A DNA stretch of 64,000 bases from Moraxella sp. GTDB taxonomy: Bacteria; Pseudomonadota; Gammaproteobacteria; Pseudomonadales; Moraxellaceae. This document shows, piece by piece, positions 9,574 through 19,918 of this stretch. The stretch's first letter is position 1; every line of letters starts with the position of its first letter. The translations under genes and the position numbers were made by a program. The notes under the pieces are model-generated. The model had not been told where the DNA came from and ran no database searches. It saw only the letters and a program-made list of their open reading frames with translations. The stretch is from the NCBI GenBank assembly GCA_030530785.1, contig JAUMUJ010000006.1, forward strand, positions 529-64,528, in the 5' to 3' direction.

Positions 9574-11541
9574 TCAGTGGTATCTTTGGTAGCTTAGCAT
9601 GACCTTTTGCCAGTCGTGATGACTTTGCTGTTCGTGGCGGGCGGTCAGTCTGATGGCATTTTGGGGCGACAGGTTGTACGAAATGACGGTGTCAATGTGT
9701 GTCTGCCAGACGTGTTTGTCCTGCCAAAACGGCACATTGACCGTCAGCGAACCCTGCCACTTATCCGATGTCCGCCACAGACAATGCACCTTTGGCGACA
9801 CGCCTGCTCGCACGCCATCATCTAGGGCTTTACCCACCTGCACCATGCCTTGCACATAGCCACTACAGACCATGCGTTCATCAAAAAACGCTTTGGCATA
9901 GCCTGTGTGTGCCGACATGACCCCCACCCCATGCGTGTCGGTGGTGCTAAAATCCCCCTTATCATCTACCGCCACTTGCCGATAACCAAAATCCGTCCCC
10001 CAAGAGCGTGGGCGTTTATAGGTGGTGATGGGGTTGATGGCGTGTACCGACAAAAAGTCTGCATGATGTAACTTAACCTTATCATCACGCACCATCACTG
10101 CCGTATCCAAAAACAGCAGTTGCCCTGTGGCATAACCCATATGCGGGTCATCAAAACCATGATACGCCACCCGATAGCCTAAGCTAAGTGCCGTGTCACC
10201 TTGCATTTGCCCCACACTCACACTCACTGCCTTATCGCCATGCCCAAGGCTAGGGTCATACGCTCTGGGTGGTTCATCTCGCTGTTTGGCGACATCAAGC
10301 ACACTTCTTAGTACCAGCAGTTCTCTTAGTCGCTGTTGAGCAAAGTCATTATCCGTCTTTTTGTTAGCGTGCTGTAAATACAAGTCATCGTACGCCATTT
10401 CAAGCAGTTTTGCTTTATCCACATCATCTTTGTTCGCCAACACAGCCTCAGGCTTCACATCAGGCTTGGTCAGTTGGTGAGCGGTTTTACCAAAGGCTTT
10501 ACCATGCTGTTTTTCTTGATGACGCAAATACGTCTCCAAAGCAGGACGGTAGGTTTCTTTGTTAATCAGCCCTGCACGGCGAAATTCCTTGACCGTCTCA
10601 ATCGGCACCACCGTCCATGTAAATTTATCTTGTAGATTTAGCTCAGGACGCACCAAATCCACCAAACCCATCAAAGCATAAGAGCAGTTTTTATCCATAA
10701 AATAATACGGAAAACGAACGTGTTGCATCTCCCAGATGTGTTTGACCAAAAACGCCACTTCATCAGGGGTCAAAGACAGCTCATACTCCCACATATCACG
10801 GCTTTCTAAGTCGCCGTACTCTTTGGTTTTATGAAAATAGCGCATGAGCGAATATTCACCACGATATTTACCCGTCAATCCCTTATAGGCATAGACGGCA
10901 CTGCTCTCATTGACAGGGGTGATGGCAGCATAATTTAGGGCATACGCCACCAAATCCATGTTTTTGCCCGCCTGCTTGATGGGGTCAATGCGAAGCAATG
11001 TATGCCCAAACATAGAGCCAGGGTTGCCCATATAATCGGTGGCAAAAATTAGGGTCATGCTGTGCGGATTGACCTTACTGTACCAATCGTGAAATTTGGC
11101 ACACGCCACATCAGCCAGCTCATCGGGCTTTATGCCCAATTTGTCCACCAGCCATGCCGTACGAGCAGGAAAGCGACATTGAGGCGAGTTTTCGCTGGTA
11201 TCGGTCAAAAGAGCGTCAATCGTCTGGTTCATTTCCAGTGTCAAATCCGATTTGCCCTGCGGATGCACAAAAAACCCATCATAATCCACACGGCTATGCT
11301 CATGATTCACATAAAACAGCCGTTGCCAAACTTTATCTTTGGCAAGATTGAGCGTGCGAGCTTTTTCTTGATAATGGGCGATGTTGGCGTGATGACCGCC
11401 TGATGAGCGAGGGTCGGCGTCTTGCTCAACGCTTAACGCCATCGTCTCGTCTGACCACAAAGGCGATGGCACTGCCCACGCACAAGACATCATCGCCATG
11501 CACAGCACCGCCCATAGGCTTTTTTGTAATTGAGTTTTCAT
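9574..11541 (-). CDS. DUF4105 (Lnb N-terminal, papain/NlpC-like His-Cys) protein with probable C-terminal beta-barrel
   Basis: Sec signal ending AWA; CRFPAR, SMFGHTLLRI and YYFMDKNCS motifs; C-terminal amphipathic beta-strands ending VMLSYQRYH. Confidence 0.75.
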   Translation of the reverse strand: MKTQLQKSLWAVLCMAMMSCAWAVPSPLWSDETMALSVEQDADPRSSGGHHANIAHYQEKARTLNLAKDKVWQRLFYVNHEHSRVDYDGFFVHPQGKSDLTLEMNQTIDALLTDTSENSPQCRFPARTAWLVDKLGIKPDELADVACAKFHDWYSKVNPHSMTLIFATDYMGNPGSMFGHTLLRIDPIKQAGKNMDLVAYALNYAAITPVNESSAVYAYKGLTGKYRGEYSLMRYFHKTKEYGDLESRDMWEYELSLTPDEVAFLVKHIWEMQHVRFPYYFMDKNCSYALMGLVDLVRPELNLQDKFTWTVVPIETVKEFRRAGLINKETYRPALETYLRHQEKQHGKAFGKTAHQLTKPDVKPEAVLANKDDVDKAKLLEMAYDDLYLQHANKKTDNDFAQQRLRELLVLRSVLDVAKQRDEPPRAYDPSLGHGDKAVSVSVGQMQGDTALSLGYRVAYHGFDDPHMGYATGQLLFLDTAVMVRDDKVKLHHADFLSVHAINPITTYKRPRSWGTDFGYRQVAVDDKGDFSTTDTHGVGVMSAHTGYAKAFFDERMVCSGYVQGMVQVGKALDDGVRAGVSPKVHCLWRTSDKWQGSLTVNVPFWQDKHVWQTHIDTVISYNLSPQNAIRLTARHEQQSHHDWQKVMLSYQRYH

Positions 11542-11565
11542 GCGTCATCACCTTTTTAAAAATTC

Positions 11566-11602
11566 AAAAAAACAAAACCTTATGGAAACCCACAAGGTTT
11601 TG
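11566..11602 (-). terminator. Rho-independent terminator/attenuator between the DUF3015 and DUF4105 genes
   Basis: CAAAACCTT-N12-AAGGTTTTG stem followed by T7 on the minus strand. Confidence 0.6.
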
Positions 11603-11626
11603 AATGCACCAAAAGGCTAATGCCAA

Positions 11627-12097
11627 TTAAGCGTATGTTTTAAGCACATCATCACCAGACAAAACTTGATGCAATGCAGTTACCACGTCAGCAGTCGTTG
11701 CACCAGTGGTGTAGATGTTGGCAAAGTTGGCTTTTACCACAGTGTAAAAACGAGCTTGGTCTTGGTCTTGGATATTAAGCAGTTGAGCCAATACTTCTAG
11801 GTTTTCGCCTTGACCTGTCGCCATATCACGAGCCAAAGCTTCTGAATTACCATCAACAAACTCAACCACTTGTACGGTAACTTTGTTGCCACGCTCACCA
11901 CAACCTAATGTACCAAAAGTGATGCCAAAAAGCTGGTTGGCAAAAGTGCCGTTGGTGGTTGCACCTAGGATTTTGGCGACTTTACCTTCCTTACCTGCCC
12001 AAACTTGTGTGCCAAGACCACATCCGATGTCGTTATCAGCAAAGGCAACTGTTGAGCTAAATACCAATGCACTGACAAGAGCGATTTTCTTAAACAT
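11627..12097 (-). CDS. DUF3015 family secreted protein
   Basis: Start at ATG 12097 (GAGG RBS). Signal peptide ending AFA; GCGLG...TTNGT...FGITFGTLGC and LARDMATGQGE motifs. Confidence 0.82.
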   Translation of the reverse strand: MFKKIALVSALVFSSTVAFADNDIGCGLGTQVWAGKEGKVAKILGATTNGTFANQLFGITFGTLGCGERGNKVTVQVVEFVDGNSEALARDMATGQGENLEVLAQLLNIQDQDQARFYTVVKANFANIYTTGATTADVVTALHQVLSGDDVLKTYA

Positions 12098-12244
12098 GAG
12101 AACCTCAAAGTAACAGTTAAGTGTGTCGTGGTTAATTTTCCACGAATCTATAAACATGATATAGATGATGAAAATATAACATAATAAAATTTTAAATGCA
12201 ACTGAGCATTACAAAAAAACACAGGTAAGAACCTGTATTTGTTG

Positions 12245-13495
12245 TTAGCTGACCTTTGGTGCTGTGCCTTTTTCAATCACATCCACGTCCACGATGACCT
12301 CTTTGGCATTGTCCATGCTGGGCAGTTCATACATGGTGTCAAGCAAGGCGTTTTCAATGATGGAGCGAAGCCCCCTTGCCCCTGTTTTGCGAGTCATCGC
12401 TTTTTTGGCGATGGCAATCAGAGCGTCTTTTTCAAAGCTCAAATTCGCCCCTTCCATGTCAAACAAGTATTGATACTGCTTGGTTAGGGCATTTTTAGGC
12501 TCGGTTAAAATTTGGATAAGTGCGTCTTCATCAAGCTCATCAAGCGTGGCAATGACGGGCAGTCGCCCGATAAACTCAGGAATGATGCCAAATTTGACCA
12601 AATCTTCTGGCTCAACTTCACGAAACAGCTCGCTGATTTTGGTTTCTTTTTTGGTGCGGACGCTGGCATTAAAACCCATGCCCGTCTCTTGGGTGCGTTG
12701 TTCGATGATTTTATCAAGCCCTGCAAACGCCCCACCAACAATCATCAAGATGTTGCTGGTGTCCACCTGAATCATCTCTTGATTGGGGTGTTTGCGACCG
12801 CCTTGTGGCGGGATATTGGCAACTGTACCCTCAATGATTTTTAACAAAGCCTGCTGAACGCCCTCTCCCGACACGTCCCGAGTGATGGAGACGTTTTCGC
12901 CTTTTTTGCTGATTTTGTCAATCTCATCAATATAGATGATACCACGCTGGGTGCGTTCTACGTCATAGTTGGCGGACAATAACAACTTTTGGACGATGTT
13001 TTCCACATCTTCGCCGACATAGCCCGCTTCGGTGAGCGTGGTGGCATCTGCCATCGCAAACGGCACGTCCAACATTTTGGCAAGCGTCTGAGCCAGCAGA
13101 GTTTTGCCCGAACCTGTCGGCCCGATGAGCAAAATGTTACTTTTAGCAAGCTCCACAGGGGCAACCTTATCACTTTCTTTGACTTTTAGGCGTTTGTAGT
13201 GATTATAGACCGCCACCGACAAGGCTTTTTTGGCGGTGTCTTGACCGATGACATACTCATCTAAATGCTGACGAATCTCTTTGGGGGTGGGCAATTTGGC
13301 ACTTGCCCAGTCTTTGTCGCCTTTTTCAGTGGTTTTGGCGATTTTTGCGTCCAAATCTTTGACACCCAGCATATCGCCACACAGCTCCACGCATTCATTA
13401 CAAATGTTGGTGTGATTCATGCCAGAGATGAGTTTGGCGACATCGCTTTTGGGTTTGCCACAAAAATCACAGCAAGGCTCTTTGGTTTTTGTCAT
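12245..13495 (-). CDS. clpX: ATP-dependent Clp protease ATP-binding subunit ClpX
   Basis: C4 zinc finger CDFCGK...ICNEC; GPTGSGKT; [12 protein letters not shown]. Confidence 0.98.
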   Translation of the reverse strand: MTKTKEPCCDFCGKPKSDVAKLISGMNHTNICNECVELCGDMLGVKDLDAKIAKTTEKGDKDWASAKLPTPKEIRQHLDEYVIGQDTAKKALSVAVYNHYKRLKVKESDKVAPVELAKSNILLIGPTGSGKTLLAQTLAKMLDVPFAMADATTLTEAGYVGEDVENIVQKLLLSANYDVERTQRGIIYIDEIDKISKKGENVSITRDVSGEGVQQALLKIIEGTVANIPPQGGRKHPNQEMIQVDTSNILMIVGGAFAGLDKIIEQRTQETGMGFNASVRTKKETKISELFREVEPEDLVKFGIIPEFIGRLPVIATLDELDEDALIQILTEPKNALTKQYQYLFDMEGANLSFEKDALIAIAKKAMTRKTGARGLRSIIENALLDTMYELPSMDNAKEVIVDVDVIEKGTAPKVS

Positions 13496-13512
13496 TGTTT
13501 TTTTCTCTTTTA

Positions 13513-14160
13513 TTAAGGGCGTTTGGTAATCACCTTATCCACCAAGCCATATTCACACGCCTGCTCGGCACTCATAAAATTATCACGGTCAGTGTCTTTT
13601 TCTAGGCGTTCCACAGGCTGACCGCTATGCTTGGCCAAAAGTTGGTTTAATTTGGCTTTTAGCTGGATAATCTCACGGGCATGAATCTCAATGTCGCTTG
13701 CCTGCCCACGAAAACCACCAAGTGGCTGATGAATCATGATGCGACTGTTAGCAAGGGCATAGCGTTTGCCTTTTTCGCCTGCTGATAACAAAAATGACCC
13801 CATACTACACGCTTGCCCCAAACAGATGGTAGAAACGTCAGGCTTGATAAAATTCATGGTATCGTAAATCGCCATGCCTGCCGTTACCACGCCCCCCGGT
13901 GAGTTAATATAAAGATGAATGTCTTTTTCAGGATTGTCTGCTTCTAAAAACAACAGCTGAGCAACAATCAAATTTGCCATGTTGTCTTCTACCTGACCTG
14001 TCAAAAAGATGACACGCTCACGCAACAGACGAGAAAAAATGTCAAATGACCGCTCCCCACGCCCTGACTGCTCAATCACCATCGGCACTAAGGTGTTTTG
14101 GGTGGCATAAAAACTGTCTGCCAACTGGTCATAAAAAGGGTTTTGTTTGATGTGAGACAT
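13513..14160 (-). CDS. clpP: ATP-dependent Clp protease proteolytic subunit
   Basis: [22 protein letters not shown] and IMIHQP motifs. Confidence 0.98.
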   Translation of the reverse strand: MSHIKQNPFYDQLADSFYATQNTLVPMVIEQSGRGERSFDIFSRLLRERVIFLTGQVEDNMANLIVAQLLFLEADNPEKDIHLYINSPGGVVTAGMAIYDTMNFIKPDVSTICLGQACSMGSFLLSAGEKGKRYALANSRIMIHQPLGGFRGQASDIEIHAREIIQLKAKLNQLLAKHSGQPVERLEKDTDRDNFMSAEQACEYGLVDKVITKRP

Positions 14161-14218
14161 CTTAGATTTCCTAATTGGTAAAAACGCCCTATTTTACCAT
14201 AAAATCATGAAAAAAATA

Positions 14219-14248
14219 AAAAACACCCCAATGCATGGGGTGTTTTTT
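14219..14248. terminator. Bidirectional rho-independent terminator after tig
   Basis: AAAAACACCCCA-atgca-TGGGGTGTTTTTT. Confidence 0.8.
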
Positions 14249-14257
14249 GGGCAATAA

Positions 14258-15592
14258 TCACACCATCGCTTGCTGAACGGTGGCAAGCAAGTCTTGGTAT
14301 TTCACTTCTTTGTCGGTAACTTTAACCTGTGATAGAATGTATTCTACCACTTGGTCTTCTAGTACGACAGACTCAATGCCAGCACGCTCTTTTTTGTCGT
14401 TGGTATAATGCTCAATCACTTCGGCAGGGTCTTCGTAATTTTCGGCAGCTTCGGCGATGAATGCCGTTACTCGCTCTTGGTCAACCTCAATGCCTTGTTT
14501 GTCAATGATTTGACCGACCAACACACCCAAACGCACCGCACGCAAGGCTTGGTCTTCAAACAGCTCATCAGGGAGCATATCCGCCCCAAAGTCTTTGGCA
14601 TTACCACCAAATTGGGCAGAAAAACGAGCAATCATCTGCTGACGCTGACGCTCAATCTCTTGGGTCAGCATGGCTTTTGGCACATCAAATTCGTTTTTTT
14701 CTACCAAAGCGTCAAATACCGCTTGTTTGATTTGGTTGCGACCGGCGTTTTTCACTTCACGTTCCATGTTTTTGCGAACATCGGCTTTGAGTTTATCCAA
14801 ACCGCCTTCTTTGACACCAAACAGCTCAAAAAACGCTTCGTCAAGCTCAGGCAGTTTTGGTACTTTAACTTCTTTGACACTGATTTTAAAGTCAGCGTCT
14901 TTGCCTTTTAGGTTTTCAGCTTGGTAGTCTTCAGGGAAAGTAACTTTGATGGTTTTTTCTTCGCCCGCTTTCATGCCTTTCATGCCGTCTTCAAAACCTG
15001 GTATCATGCGACCTGAACCAATGACCAAGCGATAATTTTCAGCAGTGCCACCTTCAAATTTTTCGCCATCAATAGACCCTTCAAAATCAAAAGTCGCTTC
15101 ATCGCCATCAGCAAGCTCACCGTCTTTGGTTTCAAAGGTTTGGCGTTGTTTTTGTAGGTTTTCAATCATGGTATCCACGTCATCATCAGAGACGCTGGCG
15201 ACTTGGCGTTCCACTTCAATCTCGTCTAAGCCTTTGACTTCCACTTCGGGGAAAGTCTCCACAGTGGCTTGATATACCAAAAAGTCGTTTTCTAGTTTTA
15301 CATCATCAATGCTGGGTACGCCCACAGCACGTACTTTTTGTTCACTGATGACATCAAATACGGTTTCACGGATAACATCGTTAATGACTTCTTGCTGAAT
15401 GCCTGCACCATATTGGGCACGAATGTGCGATACTGGCACTTTACCTTTACGAAACCCATCAATTCTGGCGGTCTTTGCCAAACTGCGAATGCGTCCTTCT
15501 ACCTTGCTTTGGATTGTACCCACAGGAACTTTAACGGTCAGTTGGGTTTCTTTGTCAGAAATGACATTAACAGCAACGTCTAAATTACTCAT
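14258..15592 (-). CDS. tig: Trigger factor
   Basis: IDGFRKGKVP ribosome-binding motif, FKBP domain, tig-clpP-clpX synteny. Confidence 0.98.
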   Translation of the reverse strand: MSNLDVAVNVISDKETQLTVKVPVGTIQSKVEGRIRSLAKTARIDGFRKGKVPVSHIRAQYGAGIQQEVINDVIRETVFDVISEQKVRAVGVPSIDDVKLENDFLVYQATVETFPEVEVKGLDEIEVERQVASVSDDDVDTMIENLQKQRQTFETKDGELADGDEATFDFEGSIDGEKFEGGTAENYRLVIGSGRMIPGFEDGMKGMKAGEEKTIKVTFPEDYQAENLKGKDADFKISVKEVKVPKLPELDEAFFELFGVKEGGLDKLKADVRKNMEREVKNAGRNQIKQAVFDALVEKNEFDVPKAMLTQEIERQRQQMIARFSAQFGGNAKDFGADMLPDELFEDQALRAVRLGVLVGQIIDKQGIEVDQERVTAFIAEAAENYEDPAEVIEHYTNDKKERAGIESVVLEDQVVEYILSQVKVTDKEVKYQDLLATVQQAMV

Positions 15593-15724
15593 AAAAATCT
15601 ACCTTTGTTAATTTGGTTGTCTTTTAATAACAACATCACAAAATCTGCTTAGCGACCTTTGGATAATTACCACAAAAAATCACAAAAGACCAATTATAGC
15701 TTTATTCTGCAAAAAATACAACCA

Positions 15725-16339
15725 TCAGCCCATCAAAGCCAGTAATTTTTGTATGGCTTGCCCCCGATGGCTTAGGGCGTTTTTGGTGGCTTTATCAAGC
15801 TCGGCAGACGATTTATTAAGGCTTGGCACATAAAAAAGTGGGTCATAGCCAAAGCCATTTTCGCCCTTTGGTGCGTCTAAAATCTCACCTGCCCACTGCC
15901 CCTGTGCGATGATGGGCAAAGGGTCATCAGCATGACGAACCAAAACAAGCACACAAACAAACTGACCGATGATGGGCATACCATCTCTAAACGGCAACAG
16001 CTCTTGTAACAGTCTGGCGTTATTGGCGTTATCATCGCCACGCTCGCCCGCCCCACCCAAACTGGCATAGCGTGCCGAATAAATCCCTGGCATATTGCCA
16101 AGCACAGGCACACACAGCCCACTGTCGTCCGCCAAAGCAGGCAGTCCACTGGCACGGCTGGCATGGCGTGCCTTGATGATGGCGTTTTCCACAAAAGAAA
16201 GCCCTGTTTCATCAACATCTGTGATACCAAGCTCGCCTTGCGGTATGATGGTCATGCCCAGATTTGCTTTGTCAAACAGGGCTTGAAATTCGGTAAGTTT
16301 GCCTTGGTTGTTACTGGCTAGGACGATTTTTTTGTTCAT
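15725..16339 (-). CDS. rdgB: dITP/XTP pyrophosphatase (Ham1 family)
   Basis: LASNNQGK, ADDSGL, GFGYDPLF and SHRGQA motifs. Confidence 0.95.
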   Translation of the reverse strand: MNKKIVLASNNQGKLTEFQALFDKANLGMTIIPQGELGITDVDETGLSFVENAIIKARHASRASGLPALADDSGLCVPVLGNMPGIYSARYASLGGAGERGDDNANNARLLQELLPFRDGMPIIGQFVCVLVLVRHADDPLPIIAQGQWAGEILDAPKGENGFGYDPLFYVPSLNKSSAELDKATKNALSHRGQAIQKLLALMG

Positions 16340-16467
16340 GGCGTTTTGATTTAAAAAAGATGGATTATTGTAGCATAAAAGCCGATAAACTGTGTCTTAT
16401 CCGTATTTATTTTTAAGATACGTTTTGGTAAAATAAAAATTTTTAATAATTATCAATAAGGTATCTT

Positions 16468-17526
16468 GTGTCTCATCTTGATTTTGACAAACCTGACCAT
16501 CGTGATTATTATCAGCCCCAAGAATATGAATTTTATTTTTATGGCACAGGGTCAGAATATTTTAAAATATGGATTGTGAATCTGATATTAACCATCATCA
16601 CGCTTGGCATCTATTCGCCTTGGGCAAAGGTTCGCCGTCTTAGGTATTTTTATGGCAACACCGAAGTCAATGACACCGCCTTTGATTTTGTTGCCAACCC
16701 AAAACGCATTTTATTTGGGCGACTGATTGCCATTGCCATCTACATCATCATCAGCGTGGTAGGTCAGATTTCACCTGATTTGGCGATGGCGGGCGGTTTG
16801 GTGATTTTTGTGGTCATGCCGTGGCTTATGCGTTCTACCATGCGTTTTATGGCAAGAAACAGCCAATACAATAACGTGCATTTTTCCTTTAATGGCTCAT
16901 TGTTAGAGGCTTATTTAGTAGCAATCATCGCCATCGTACTTAGTGTGATAAGTTTTGGTCTGCTCGCTCCTGTGGCTTGGTGGCTATTTAAACGCTATCA
17001 ATTTGACAATACTTATTTTGGGCAATTAAAATTTGAATTTAACACCAGCATTACTGATATGTATAAAGCCATGATGATGCCCATATTGATTGTCATTGGC
17101 TTGGTAATTACAGGAGTTTTTTTGTTGGCATTTAGCCTGACTTTAAATGACTACATCGGCGGTCAGGTGCTTGCGTTATTTATCGTGGGGTTTTATTTTT
17201 TACTGTTACTCATCACGCCATTAATGCAGGCATATACCCATCAGGCGATTTGGGATAAATTAACCTTAGGCGATAATGAATTTCGTCTGGATAATTTTAG
17301 CCCCATCAGATTTGCCGTCATTCAAGCCACCAACTACATCGCCATCGTGCTTAGCTTAGGACTGTTTTATCCATGGGCAAAAGTACGCCTACACCGCTAT
17401 AAAGTAGAGACACTCACCTTAGTGGCGTATGATGATTTTGATGCACTTGCCACCCCCAACATGGACAGTGTCTCTTCTGTGGCAGAAGAGATTAGTGATG
17501 TGTTTGATTTTGATGTGTCTTGGTAA
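16468..17526 (+). CDS. YjgN/DUF898 inner membrane protein
   Basis: FYGTGSEYFKIWIVNLILTIITLGIYSPWAKVR signature; multi-TM. Confidence 0.88.
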   Translation: MSHLDFDKPDHRDYYQPQEYEFYFYGTGSEYFKIWIVNLILTIITLGIYSPWAKVRRLRYFYGNTEVNDTAFDFVANPKRILFGRLIAIAIYIIISVVGQISPDLAMAGGLVIFVVMPWLMRSTMRFMARNSQYNNVHFSFNGSLLEAYLVAIIAIVLSVISFGLLAPVAWWLFKRYQFDNTYFGQLKFEFNTSITDMYKAMMMPILIVIGLVITGVFLLAFSLTLNDYIGGQVLALFIVGFYFLLLLITPLMQAYTHQAIWDKLTLGDNEFRLDNFSPIRFAVIQATNYIAIVLSLGLFYPWAKVRLHRYKVETLTLVAYDDFDALATPNMDSVSSVAEEISDVFDFDVSW

Positions 17527-17535
17527 GAAATCACA

Positions 17536-18537
17536 ATGACAACGCCCCCTTGTGCCGTTCGCTATTTTAACGGCAAAATCAGCAAAGCCCACACCGCTCA
17601 CATCTATCCGCTTGATGAGAGCGTGGGAGCATTTGTGCTGGTCTGTGATGATACACAAACGGTATATCATGCCCAAGATTATGAGTTTTTGCCCAGCGTG
17701 GGTAACGCTCCTGCCGTACTGAGCTTAACAGACGGTGGACGCATTGAGATTATGGGTACGCCACCGACATGGCTTAACCTAAAACATGAGCGACTGTTTG
17801 ACAAAATCTCACACATGGAGCGAAGTTTTGGGTGGATTTTGGTCAGTTTGGTGCTGGTGTGCGGGTTTATGTTTGGCGTGCTAAAGTTCGGCATACCCCT
17901 AGCGTCCCACCACATCGCCCACTCACTGCCTGCCGACACCCTAAACAGCGTGGGCAATCAAGCCGAACGCTACATCATGGATTTGACCACGCCCAGCACT
18001 CTGCCCCAAGCTCGCCAAGATGAAATCATCGCTTTGTACGATAAATTAGACGCTCACCCAAAAGCCAAAGTCGTGGTGCGTGGCGGGGGCGACATCGGAG
18101 CAAATGCCCTTGCCATTCCTAATAACACCATCATCATCACCGATGAGCTTATCAGACTGACTGATGATAACCATGAGATTCTTGCCGTGCTTGCCCATGA
18201 GCAGGGGCATTTGGTGCATCGCCACAGCCTAAAACAGGCGATTAGTGGTCTGGGGGTGGGAGTGCTGGTGGTGATCATCACAGGCGATGCGTCTGATTTA
18301 TTGCTTACTCTGCCCACGCTACTGACCACCGCCCAATACTCCCAACAAGCAGAGATGCAGGCGGATAAGTTTGCCATTGATGAATTACAGCGTCTGGGTG
18401 TCTCACCTGCCTACCTTGTCAGCTTTTTTGAAAAAATGAAAAAAGAACACGGGGACGGTCAGGGGCATTGGTCAATACTCTCCACCCACCCTGATACCGA
18501 CAAGCGAATTGAGCAAGCAAAACAGCATGGGCATTAA
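17536..18537 (+). CDS. M48 family zinc metallopeptidase
   Basis: NALAIP, LAHEQGH (HExxH), YSQQAEMQAD and STHP motifs; the usual YjgN partner. Confidence 0.9.
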   Translation: MTTPPCAVRYFNGKISKAHTAHIYPLDESVGAFVLVCDDTQTVYHAQDYEFLPSVGNAPAVLSLTDGGRIEIMGTPPTWLNLKHERLFDKISHMERSFGWILVSLVLVCGFMFGVLKFGIPLASHHIAHSLPADTLNSVGNQAERYIMDLTTPSTLPQARQDEIIALYDKLDAHPKAKVVVRGGGDIGANALAIPNNTIIITDELIRLTDDNHEILAVLAHEQGHLVHRHSLKQAISGLGVGVLVVIITGDASDLLLTLPTLLTTAQYSQQAEMQADKFAIDELQRLGVSPAYLVSFFEKMKKEHGDGQGHWSILSTHPDTDKRIEQAKQHGH

Positions 18538-19545
18538 GCACGGTAACCTTTGGGGTTTTGGCTTTGCCAACGCCACGTATCTACGCACATACGCTCAATA
18601 CCATGCTCTGCCGTCCAGCCAAGCAGGTTTTTGGCTTTGTCGCTACTGGCATAACACATGGCAATGTCCCCTGCTCGTCTTGGGGCGATGACATAAGGCA
18701 CATTTTGCCCTGTGGTGTGGATAAAGGCATTGACCAGTTGTAGCACGCTTGTGCCGTTGCCCGTGCCTAAGTTAATCGGCTCAAAGCCAAAGGCGGTCTC
18801 ACATTTGGCGATATAATCCAGTGCCGACACATGAATATAATCACGCACGCCCGTGCCGTCTATGGTGTCATAATCATCGCCAAAGACGGATAATTTTTCT
18901 AGTTTGCCCACTGCCACTTGTGAAATATAAGGCATAAGATTGTTGGGAATGCCCTCTGGGTCTTCGCCAATCGTCCCTGATACGTCCGCCCCAATGGGGT
19001 TAAAGTAGCGTAGGGAGATGATGTTTCACACTTGATTGTCCTTAGCAGACTTTGCCAAATCTTCTAGGACATATTCCACCGCAAGTTTAGATTGTCCATA
19101 AGGATTGGTACAAAAACGCTTGGCGGTCTCGATAATGGGTAATACTTCGGGGTCGCCATAGACGGTGGCAGACGATGAAAAGATAAAGTTGGTTACGCCC
19201 TTATCTTTCATGACTTCTAATGGATTTAGCGTGCCTGTTACGTTGTTTTGGTAGTATTTAAGCGGTTTTACCACGCTCTCACCCACCGCTTTTAGCCCTG
19301 CAAAATGAATCACGCCAAAAAAGTCATGCTCATCAAATACTTGATTTAAATGAGCTTTATCCAAAATATCACCCTTAATAAAAGCGATGTCTTGACCGAC
19401 AATCTGTTGCACCCGCTCAATCGCCACAGGGCTAGAATTAGACAGATTATCATAGACCACAGGCACATAACCTGCCCCAATCAGCTCAATCAAGTATGCG
19501 AGAACCGATATAGCCCGCTCCGCCCGTTACGAGAATTTTTTTCAT
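18534..19545 (-). pseudogene. galE: UDP-glucose 4-epimerase pseudogene
   Basis: MKKILVTGGAGYIGS start at 19545; frameshift ~19497; in-frame TGA at 19028-19026 where Trp precedes NIISLRYFNP; short in-frame deletion in DYIHV...SALDY. Confidence 0.92.
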
Positions 19546-19569
19546 GGTTTTATCTGATACAATGTTGAT

Positions 19570-19833
19570 TTACTGCCCGATACGGCGTTTACCCGTGATG
19601 AATTCATAAACAAACAACACCAAAATCGCCCCAATGACCGACAGCACCAAACCCGAAAAGCCACCTTTAACATCCAGCTTTAACGCTGACGCAATAAACG
19701 CTCCGACAAACGACCCCGACATACCCAGCACAATGGTCATAATCCAGCCCATTTTTTGTTTACCTGGTTTTAAAAGCCGTGCCAAAGCACCCACCACAAA
19801 GCCGATGATAACCGCTCCGATAAAACTGAACAT
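19570..19833 (-). CDS. GlsB/YeaQ/YmgE (transglycosylase-associated) membrane protein
   Basis: Three Gly-rich TMs; IIGFVVGALARLLKPGK and SVIGAILVLFVY. Confidence 0.85.
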   Translation of the reverse strand: MFSFIGAVIIGFVVGALARLLKPGKQKMGWIMTIVLGMSGSFVGAFIASALKLDVKGGFSGLVLSVIGAILVLFVYEFITGKRRIGQ

Positions 19834-19918
19834 AAATGCTCCTTAGTAACCCAATTTGACACTTACCATTATAACAACAAACCAAAAATAAAATGTCGCA
19901 CAACTGTAAACGCACCCA

